Below are positions 25,539-32,000 of a stretch of DNA of 32,000 nucleotides, in pieces (the stretch's first letter is position 1; each line of letters opens with the position of its first letter). The DNA comes from Pyrodictium delaneyi (GTDB lineage Archaea > Thermoproteota > Thermoprotei_A > Sulfolobales > Pyrodictiaceae). A model generated the notes under the pieces. That model did no database searches. It was not told the DNA's origin and saw nothing but the letters and a program-made list of their open reading frames with translations. The DNA lies in the NCBI RefSeq assembly GCF_001412615.1, contig NZ_CP013011.1, positions 1,980,001-2,012,000 of the forward strand, written 5' to 3'. Made by a program: the position numbers and the translations under genes.

Positions 25539-26543
25539 CTACCTCGTACGGGATACCGCAAATCTCGCAAGCTCTTCAAGCATTTCCCTGTACTCGTTCT
25601 CCGGAAGCACCTTTAACGCTGCTAGGGCTTGTTCGACATACCGGCGTGCCAGCTCCTCAGCATACTCTATGCCACCAGCCTCCTTTATGAGCTTGGCTGC
25701 CTCTTCAAGTTCTTCGCGGCCTGCATCGCGGTTTCCAAGCACTTTTTCAAGCTTCTCGCGCGCATCACCCTCGAGCTTGCTTAGAGCGTACAGTATTGGC
25801 AGAGTCTTTTTCCCCTCTCTTATGTCGCTATAGATGGGCTTACCTAGCTCACTTTCTTCACCTGCAATACCCAGTATGTCGTCACGTATCTGGAATGCTA
25901 TGCCAAGACTCTTACCGTAGCTTGCAAGCGACGATAGTATGTTCTCGTCACTTGTAGCTACGAGGCCGCCAAGGACCGCAGATGCTTCGAAGAGGGCTCC
26001 TGTCTTTTTATATATCATCTTGAGGTAATCCTCTACGTCTACATACTCTTCTTCCTCGAACATCATATCCATTGCCTGACCTTCGGCTACGATAGAGGAC
26101 GCTTGTGCTAACACACGTACAGCTTTTGCTACTCTCTCAGCTGGTACACCCTTGTCACGTGCGTCTGTTAACGCCTCAAACGCCTTGGCATAGAGCAAGT
26201 CACCAGCCGTTATAGCTAGAGGTTCGCCCCATAGCTTGTGCACTGTCGGCACGCCTCGACGAAAATCGTCACGGTCCATTATATCGTCGTGAACTAGGGT
26301 GAAGTTGTGAACCAGCTCGACAGCTGCTGCAAATGGGAGAGCCTTCTCGGCTTCCTCTCCTAGGGCTTCTGTTGTAGCTACAACAATGACAGGGCGTAGT
26401 CTCTTACCACCAGCTCTTATAAGGTGGAGTGCAGCATTATATAGCTCTTCGGGCTCGCCATGGACACGTGCATAAATGTAGCCGTCAACGAGCCCTGCTA
26501 CTCTTGTTATATAGCTGCGCAGCCTCTCGGAGAGCTGAGTCAA
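25539..26543 (-). CDS. idsA: Geranylgeranyl diphosphate synthase (trans-polyprenyl synthase)
   Basis: 334 aa. FARM LVHDDIMDRDDFRRG and SARM FQIRDDILG. TTG start with TAGGAGGT upstream. Confidence 0.92.
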   Translation of the reverse strand: MTQLSERLRSYITRVAGLVDGYIYARVHGEPEELYNAALHLIRAGGKRLRPVIVVATTEALGEEAEKALPFAAAVELVHNFTLVHDDIMDRDDFRRGVPTVHKLWGEPLAITAGDLLYAKAFEALTDARDKGVPAERVAKAVRVLAQASSIVAEGQAMDMMFEEEEYVDVEDYLKMIYKKTGALFEASAVLGGLVATSDENILSSLASYGKSLGIAFQIRDDILGIAGEESELGKPIYSDIREGKKTLPILYALSKLEGDAREKLEKVLGNRDAGREELEEAAKLIKEAGGIEYAEELARRYVEQALAALKVLPENEYREMLEELARFAVSRTR

Positions 26544-26577
26544 GACCGTCTTAACCTCCTAGAGCCTATATCCGAGG

Positions 26578-27720
26578 CTACGGGGTAGGCGAGCAGCCAC
26601 TACCGAGCTTGAATAACAACCGGGGGCCATTAAGGTATAACTCAGCGCTAATCCCCCGTGCTTCCATGAGGCTTAGCAACCGCTGGCCTAGTATTATGTT
26701 GGTGCTCCGCAACTCTGCAAGATCCTTTGAACCAGTTAGAAACATTGCTATCCTGAGCTCCATTATCATCCTCTTAAGGAGGTTTAGGATCGCGTGTCCA
26801 CCTCCCTGCACATATGCATTTATGACGGGTAAGGCTAGCCCTGCAACATCCGCCCCGAGAGCTATGGCCTTGGCGACATCAAGACCCGATCTTATGCCAC
26901 CACTGGCTATTATACAAGCATCTGGCGCAGCCCATCTAGTCTCAACAATGGCTTGTGCAGTTGGCACTCCAAAACCAGAGAATGTTGACGCTGCAGCGGC
27001 TAGTAATTCGTCGCCTTTTGCTCGAGCTCTGTACTGTTCTACTTTTACCCAGCTCGTACCACCGGCACCCGCTACGTCTATGATTTTTATACCCACTGCC
27101 CTTAGCAGAGTAGCCGCCTCTAGACCTATGCCATGACCGGTCTCCTTGACTATTATCGGCTTTCCCAGTACGTCTGCTAGTTCTCTTATCTTGTCTACCA
27201 CACCAACATAATCTGTATCGCCTTCTGGCTGAAAAGCCTCCTGTGCAGCATTAAGATGTATTGCCACAGCGTCAGCATCAATCATTTCTATTGCCTTTGT
27301 TAACTCTTTAATGCCATAACCTTTGACTAATTGTGGCGCACCTATATTGGCAACTATCACTGCTGAAGGAGCACATTTACGCACAATAGAGAACGTATAG
27401 GCTAGGTTTGGATTCTCTATTGCTGCACGTTGACTACCAACACCCATCATAAGCCCTAGCTCTTCAACAGCTTTAGCAATAGCACAGTTTATCTCAGCTG
27501 CAACAGCATGTCCACCAGTCATACCGGTAACCATTATTGGCGCTGACAGCCTCTTTCCAAGAAACTCGATGCTTGTGTCGATATCGTTGAGAGACGTCTC
27601 GGGAAGCGCTTTGTATACAAGCACTACATCATCGAGCAATGCTGAAGTCCAATCATGGTCTACACGACTGTCGACGGTTATTCTGATATGATCAAGCTTC
27701 CTAGGCGATGTAGTCGCCAT
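26578..27720 (-). CDS. fni: Isopentenyl-diphosphate delta-isomerase type 2 (FMN-dependent)
   Basis: RKLDHIRI..., MTGG, VKETGHGI, ASGGIRSGLDVAKAIALGA are IDI-2 TIM-barrel motifs. The ORF opens at GTG 27729. ATG 27720 has GGTGG 5 nt upstream. Confidence 0.92.
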   Translation of the reverse strand: MATTSPRKLDHIRITVDSRVDHDWTSALLDDVVLVYKALPETSLNDIDTSIEFLGKRLSAPIMVTGMTGGHAVAAEINCAIAKAVEELGLMMGVGSQRAAIENPNLAYTFSIVRKCAPSAVIVANIGAPQLVKGYGIKELTKAIEMIDADAVAIHLNAAQEAFQPEGDTDYVGVVDKIRELADVLGKPIIVKETGHGIGLEAATLLRAVGIKIIDVAGAGGTSWVKVEQYRARAKGDELLAAAASTFSGFGVPTAQAIVETRWAAPDACIIASGGIRSGLDVAKAIALGADVAGLALPVINAYVQGGGHAILNLLKRMIMELRIAMFLTGSKDLAELRSTNIILGQRLLSLMEARGISAELYLNGPRLLFKLGSGCSPTP

Positions 27721-27822
27721 TTTAGCCACCTTTTACTACGCCATAATTGTTATCAAGGGATAGTCTGATTGTACTACTCATAAACCATAAACAAATACGC
27801 ACGGGTAATGGTTCCGTGCCGC

Positions 27823-28611
27823 CTAGAGTATAATACGTGTTCCACAACCATACCCCATTAGTGCCGCATATGTGTTCCCTTCGCGTAAGCCATTCGTTAC
27901 TATTATTTCTCTCACGGCAGGGCATTTGTTCAACTTTATAGCGTCCAGCTTCCTCCTAATCCCTCCAGTCACGTCAACCTTATCACTTGCTTCACGATTA
28001 GCTACATTACCATGCTCTAGCTCATCCACATGAATTTCGTCTATTATTTTCCCGTCAGCAGCGATAACACCATCCACATCAGTTATGTAGATTACTGACG
28101 AGCTGCCGATGCTACACGCCATTTCTATTGCCAGTTCGTCACCGGAGACTATACACCAGTCCTTGCCACACGCATAGACGTCGCCGTAGACTACCGGGGT
28201 GATGCCCAGTTCCATGTCACGTCTGATGTAGCTCCAGTTACATCTGGGCATCAGTCCTTCAGGATTACAGAAGCTGTGAGGCGGATATATCACGGGTTTT
28301 ACTCCCTTAGATGCCAGTATGTCTGCTACAGCTAGCGCTAGTTCAAGCATATACATTGTTACTAGGGAGAGAGCGTCAGCGGGCGGGGCTTCTAGAGATC
28401 GAGCATTTGATGCCGCCACATGACCATAGCTTCCTCCTCCAAGAACAATGCCTACTTTGATACCCTTCTCTATGGCTGCTGCTATTTCTCCTGCTACACG
28501 CTCAGCAACGTGGTAGTTGAGTTTGAACGTCTTCTTGTCTGTTAATACACTGCCACCTATCTTTATAACACGAACTCGAGTATGTCGCCCAACCCCGTCC
28601 CGGGTTTGCAT
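27823..28611 (-). CDS. ipk: Isopentenyl phosphate kinase (amino-acid-kinase fold)
   Basis: VIKIGGSVLTDKKTF, GIVLGGGSYGH, DVYACG..IVSGDELA, DVDGV are IPK motifs. The ORF opens at 28644. ATG 28611 has GAGGGT 9 nt upstream. Either start overlaps the upstream ORF (49 or 82 nt). Confidence 0.9.
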   Translation of the reverse strand: MQTRDGVGRHTRVRVIKIGGSVLTDKKTFKLNYHVAERVAGEIAAAIEKGIKVGIVLGGGSYGHVAASNARSLEAPPADALSLVTMYMLELALAVADILASKGVKPVIYPPHSFCNPEGLMPRCNWSYIRRDMELGITPVVYGDVYACGKDWCIVSGDELAIEMACSIGSSSVIYITDVDGVIAADGKIIDEIHVDELEHGNVANREASDKVDVTGGIRRKLDAIKLNKCPAVREIIVTNGLREGNTYAALMGYGCGTRIIL

Positions 28612-29372
28612 ATCCCATATACCCTCTGAAGCGATGGTGTCCATTTACAGTCTGCACGTGGTGTTTCAACACCGTAGAGGAGATAGAATACCGCGTTATC
28701 CGCACGCTGAACGAGCTTAAAGACGTCCTCCCTGCTTTCTCTCAGACGTTGTACAGCTTCTAGCACTGCTAGCCCGCTTAGCCTAGTAAGGGCAGAGAGA
28801 AGTGGATCACCTAGAACTTCTACTACTTCTTCTCCTATGTCTTCCTCGCCTACGAGCTCTAGTTCTAGCCTCGTACCCGTGGAGAGTTCTACCGGTTCCT
28901 CACCACGTCGGTAAACTATGCTCTTGCCTAGCATTATGGCTTCTCTGAGCCCATCTATGTAGTCTAGGCCAACGCCGGCCTCGTCGTCGATGCTGCTGGC
29001 AGAATCAAGCATCTCGCGCGAGTCGAGTTCGTAGCCTGCAGCCTCTACAACGCTCTTAACTATAGCTAGAGTCGTTGCTGCATATATTGATGCAGCTGGT
29101 GGATACGCTATCGCGTCACTAGTCCTTATTACTATGGATGCCTTTATGGGCTGCTCAAGTCTAGCCGCTAGGGTGTCCACAAACGACTTTACAGCTATAT
29201 CGTAGCGCCATCCAAGCCTAACACCGTCTATGGTTGTCGATGTTGTCTCGCTTTCCTCAACCTCGACATCTATAGAGAAAACCGGGTTAGGAGTAATGAG
29301 TACTATATAGGGGTTTATCTTACCTGGTATGGGCACCCCCGCAAACACCAATGCCAACGGGAACTCGTACAC
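28563..29372 (-). CDS. Mevalonate-kinase-like GHMP-fold protein with degenerate motifs and a truncated C-terminus
   Basis: 269 aa, collinear by eye with my recollection of M. jannaschii MVK. IPGKINPYIVL stands against PSKVILFGEHAVV (motif 1). IAYPPAASIYAATT stands against ISCGLGSSASITIG (motif 2). ETPRADCKW...VYGICKPGTGLGDILEFVL stands against STPKLDRIV...GFGAKLTGAGGGGCVIILV (motif 3). The protein ends right after motif 3. It sits in the usual MVK slot between Memo and IPK. Confidence 0.55.
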   Translation of the reverse strand: MYEFPLALVFAGVPIPGKINPYIVLITPNPVFSIDVEVEESETTSTTIDGVRLGWRYDIAVKSFVDTLAARLEQPIKASIVIRTSDAIAYPPAASIYAATTLAIVKSVVEAAGYELDSREMLDSASSIDDEAGVGLDYIDGLREAIMLGKSIVYRRGEEPVELSTGTRLELELVGEEDIGEEVVEVLGDPLLSALTRLSGLAVLEAVQRLRESREDVFKLVQRADNAVFYLLYGVETPRADCKWTPSLQRVYGICKPGTGLGDILEFVL

Positions 29373-29435
29373 TGCTAGCTACACACCCCGCTATAGCTGG
29401 CTCTACTAGCATCATTCCCATGCTGCATAAAGACT

Positions 29436-30329
29436 CTAGTACACCTGGATAGCTGCATAGCCTACGACGCTGCTCTTATCGCCTGCAACATCACCGCTGG
29501 TAGCGTATCTGAGGAGTTTTGCTGCTGTAGCCCCAGCTCCACGTGCGTAGTAGAGCATAGCCATTACTGGGCCAGGTCCACACATGCTTATGCCGTGTTC
29601 CTGTACGACCTGGTAGAGCTTCTCAGGGCTTAGAGCGAGTATAGCATCTATTGCAAGTTTATCCTTGGCTGCAGCTACGTCGTGTGGTTCGTAGTGGGTA
29701 AAGTCACTACTAGCTAGCACAACTACGTCGCGCCCAGTAGCCTCCACTGCCTCCAGTATTGCTTTGCCAAGATCCTCGGCTACCTCGGGAGTCTGCTCAT
29801 ATACTACTATAGGGACTATGCGAAAGCGGCTTTCGAATAAATATTGAAGGAATGGTACTTGTACCTCAACACTATGCTCGTAAAGGTGAGCCTTCTCATC
29901 GGGTACCGCATAACTACTAGCATCTATTATGGCACGGGATAACTCTGCGTCAACCTCAACCTCACCAAGCGGTGTGACCCAGACTCCCCTTGGGTACACT
30001 GATACTATTTCTCCCAGTCCAGTATGGTTCGGACCTATGATAATGTACGTCTCTGCCGCCCCCTCAGCCGCTATCTGGAAATAAGCGTTAGCCGCTACGG
30101 GACCGCTATACATGTAGCCCGCATGAGGTACTACGAAGCCCTTACTTGCTGGCCGTCTTTCATCACTAACTAATGGTAGCTTGCCGGGGCCCAGAGGATG
30201 CCGGAAAGCCCACTCTATTTGTGCCCGAAGAGCTTCTGGATCAGCTTCGTAGAACATGCCAGCAACTGCTGGTAGCCTCTTATCACCAATAATACGGCCA
30301 GAATAGATGGCCATGCCAGCCCACCACAT
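29436..30329 (-). CDS. MEMO1/AmmeMemoRadiSam-system protein B family (dioxygenase-like)
   Basis: 297 aa. LPAVAGMFYEADPEAL, VVPHAGYMYSG, GPNHTG, SSDFTHY are Memo-family motifs. ATG 30314 (GGTGGG upstream) is an alternative start. Confidence 0.88.
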   Translation of the reverse strand: MWWAGMAIYSGRIIGDKRLPAVAGMFYEADPEALRAQIEWAFRHPLGPGKLPLVSDERRPASKGFVVPHAGYMYSGPVAANAYFQIAAEGAAETYIIIGPNHTGLGEIVSVYPRGVWVTPLGEVEVDAELSRAIIDASSYAVPDEKAHLYEHSVEVQVPFLQYLFESRFRIVPIVVYEQTPEVAEDLGKAILEAVEATGRDVVVLASSDFTHYEPHDVAAAKDKLAIDAILALSPEKLYQVVQEHGISMCGPGPVMAMLYYARGAGATAAKLLRYATSGDVAGDKSSVVGYAAIQVY

Positions 30330-30546
30330 ATCTTTGAGGAAGCCCCTGTTACGAATCTATACCGCTAGGCAAGTAATTGTATTTCCGCCGAGACATTGGA
30401 TCATAGGTAGAGCTGCAGAGTTTATACAGGGAATCCGACGGGATGTTCTGAAAGCCGACAGACCAATGTGGCCCCAAGGGGCTTAATTATAACCGGGTAG
30501 AAAGAGTGATGAAATGTGTCTGTTCTAAAATTCTTGTCCAGCGTTC

Positions 30547-31203
30547 TTAGCGGCGACGTACCTTGAACTCAAACGCCTCCGGAGGCTCAGGCAGATCCTG
30601 GTCCGGCTGCAGCTTACCTTGCTCTCTGAGTATCTCTCTTGTTAGTATCCAATATGTTAGCGCCAGACTCCTCCTACCCTTGTTGTTAACGGGTATAACT
30701 AGATCTATGTTCTCTATACGGTTATCCGTGTCGGCAAGCGCTACTGTTGGTATACCCATACGAGCTGCCTCGTCTACCGCTTGACTATCGGCACGTGGAT
30801 CACTTATTATTATTACATCAGGTTCTATGTACCATTCGAGGCTAGGGTTGGTAAATGTACCTGGCAGGATTCTACCTGTTAGAGCCTTACAGCCTATGTA
30901 TGTACAGAACTTTTGAACCGGCCTCTGACCATACTGCCTAACGGATACAGCGACTATTTTGGAGGGGTCGAAACGTGCTAGGAACTTTGCTGCCACTCTA
31001 AGCCTCTCATCAGTCTTTCTGATGTCAAGTATGTATAGTCCATCAGGCCTAACACGGTATACGAACTTCCTCATATACGCTGTACATATATGTGTACCTA
31101 TGTGCATACCTGCTGAGAGGTATCGCTCAAGAGGCACCAGTAGCTCGACTGTCCTACCGCCGATCTCGACCTGCTGACGGCCTAGCTCCTGACTCACAAC
31201 CAT
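30547..31203 (-). CDS. rps2: 30S ribosomal protein S2 (uS2)
   Basis: [18 protein letters not shown]..., [35 protein letters not shown]. The ORF opens at TTG 31260. ATG 31203 (GGGGTG 3 nt upstream) gives the usual N-terminus. Confidence 0.93.
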   Translation of the reverse strand: MVVSQELGRQQVEIGGRTVELLVPLERYLSAGMHIGTHICTAYMRKFVYRVRPDGLYILDIRKTDERLRVAAKFLARFDPSKIVAVSVRQYGQRPVQKFCTYIGCKALTGRILPGTFTNPSLEWYIEPDVIIISDPRADSQAVDEAARMGIPTVALADTDNRIENIDLVIPVNNKGRRSLALTYWILTREILREQGKLQPDQDLPEPPEAFEFKVRRR

Positions 31204-31277
31204 ACACCCCGCGTCATCCGTGCCTGGATAGAGGGCTAATATAAGCCTGGCAGCTTGCAAGAGACAAGGTTAGATAG

Positions 31278-31478
31278 TTATAGTACACGTTTAAATCTAC
31301 GTACCTCATATATTGCGGGTACATGCGCCAGGAGTGTCCTCCTACAACAATACCTCTTAATGCCGAGGTCATCCAATACCCTACCTGGCTCTTCGCCGCC
31401 TTCTACGCGCTTACGGAAATCCTCCCAGTACTGGGCAAGGGGTGTTCCACAAGTGAAACAACGAACAGGAACTATCAA
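31278..31478 (-). CDS. rpoN: DNA-directed RNA polymerase subunit N (Rpb10 homologue)
   Basis: 66 aa. MIVPVRCFTCG...YCCRR zinc-bundle signature. Confidence 0.95.
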   Translation of the reverse strand: MIVPVRCFTCGTPLAQYWEDFRKRVEGGEEPGRVLDDLGIKRYCCRRTLLAHVPAIYEVRRFKRVL

Positions 31479-31485
31479 GGATGCT

Positions 31486-31929
31486 TCACCTATAGCTCTT
31501 CTGCCAACGTCTCCTCGCGCTTCTCCTCATAGGCTTCTCGGGCTCTGTCTGCCTCGGGTCACCAGCTAGCATTGAACGATCGTACTCCTCGTATATCTTG
31601 CGTAGCTCTTCGCTACCAGTATATGCTACTAGTCCTCTTGCTATCGCCATTCTTACCGCATCAGCCTGACTCATATAGCCGCCTCCTTTAACAGTGACAC
31701 GTATGTCTACACTGTTAGCTATATCCTGGCCAGCTAGTAGTAGAGGCTCCATCATTTTCCAGCGAGCCATCTCTATAGGCCATATCTCTATGGGTACGCC
31801 ATTTATCCATACACGACCCTTACCGGGCTTTATCACTGCCCTGGCTATGCTTGTCTTCCTCCTACCGCTAGAGATGACTATTCTAATAGGCTTCTCGGCC
31901 TGAACATAAGCACCAAGCAGCCTAGGCAT
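31486..31929 (-). CDS. rps9: 30S ribosomal protein S9 (uS9)
   Basis: SGRRKTSIARAVIKPGKGRVWINGVPIE ... C-terminal RRRWQKSYR. The ORF opens at TTG 31950, overlapping the L13 stop. ATG 31929 has GAGG 5 nt upstream. Confidence 0.93.
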   Translation of the reverse strand: MPRLLGAYVQAEKPIRIVISSGRRKTSIARAVIKPGKGRVWINGVPIEIWPIEMARWKMMEPLLLAGQDIANSVDIRVTVKGGGYMSQADAVRMAIARGLVAYTGSEELRKIYEEYDRSMLAGDPRQTEPEKPMRRSARRRWQKSYR

Positions 31930-31946
31930 CTGAGCCGCCTCGCTCG

Positions 31947-32000
31947 TCAAGGCCTAGTAGCCACCCCCTTCCATCCAAGCCTCTCAGCTAGCTCACCTAC
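31947..32000 (-). CDS. rpl13: 50S ribosomal protein L13 (uL13), C-terminal 17 codons only (5' part outside the window)
   Basis: Hand translation of the minus strand from 32000 gives VGELAERLGWKGVATRP followed by TGA at 31949-31947. The ...GEL...LGWK ending and the L13-S9-RpoN order are typical of archaea. Confidence 0.5.
   Translation of the reverse strand, partial: VGELAERLGWKGVATRP

Noticed and set aside
1629-27136. Many 60-180 aa ORFs antisense to recognised genes (for example 1629-2015, 3578-4078, 3823-4269, 7803-8165, 13238-13465, 17094-17636, 23843-24163, 26609-27136)
   Set aside because: These are shadow ORFs on the opposite strand of strongly supported genes. They have a Ser/Ala/Pro/Arg-rich low-complexity composition, no motifs and no ribosome-binding sites.
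1-32000. CRISPR arrays, IS elements/transposases, integrases, tRNA and rRNA genes
   Set aside because: I saw no regularly spaced direct repeats, no transposase- or integrase-like ORFs, no T-loop (GGTTCGAATCC-like) or acceptor-stem patterns, and no rRNA-like conserved stretches. The inserted blocks lack recognisable terminal repeats.

Overview
This window is an archaeal chromosome segment, most likely from a crenarchaeal hyperthermophile of the Desulfurococcales type. That call is an inference from gene content (archaeal exosome, RNase P proteins, L7Ae and other e-type ribosomal proteins, archaeal-type riboflavin and mevalonate genes). No similarity search could be run. About 41 protein genes are packed tightly, 35 of them on the minus strand, often with 1-4 nt stop/start overlaps.

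Main blocks:
- 1-5141: distal half of the exosome/proteasome superoperon (Brix, L37Ae, Rrp42, Rrp41, Rrp4, SBDS, PsmA).
- 5142-13689: about 8.5 kb lying between PsmA and Pop5. It holds an orphan wHTH gene, a ThiI plus E1-like (ThiF/MoeB) pair, and a complete archaeal riboflavin cluster (ArfB, ATZ/TRZ-type amidohydrolase, RibH, RibC, RibB, ArfA, ArfC).
- 13686-16372: proximal half of the superoperon (Pop5, Rpp30, DUF54/COG1325, L15e).
- 16610-21273: YchF-like GTPase, Ndk, and a plus-strand trio (SagB-type nitroreductase, HIBADH-like dehydrogenase, EamA/DMT transporter).
- 21408-23151: L24e, S28e and L7Ae, interrupted by an opposite-strand HD-like/zinc-ribbon gene.
- 23257-32000: GluRS, DUF2118-like protein, GGPP synthase, IDI-2, IPK, a degenerate mevalonate-kinase-like ORF, Memo-like protein, S2, RpoN, S9 and the tail of L13.

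Most interesting observations:
- An ATZ/TRZ deaminase-class amidohydrolase sits inside the riboflavin operon. It is a candidate for the archaeal pyrimidine deaminase step.
- An MVK-homologous ORF occupies the positional MVK slot, but all three GHMP motifs are eroded and the C-terminus is truncated.
- The 5142-5612 spacer contains unassigned GC-rich, stem-forming sequence.
- Several housekeeping proteins carry unusual extensions.

I saw no rRNA, tRNA, CRISPR array or transposase.
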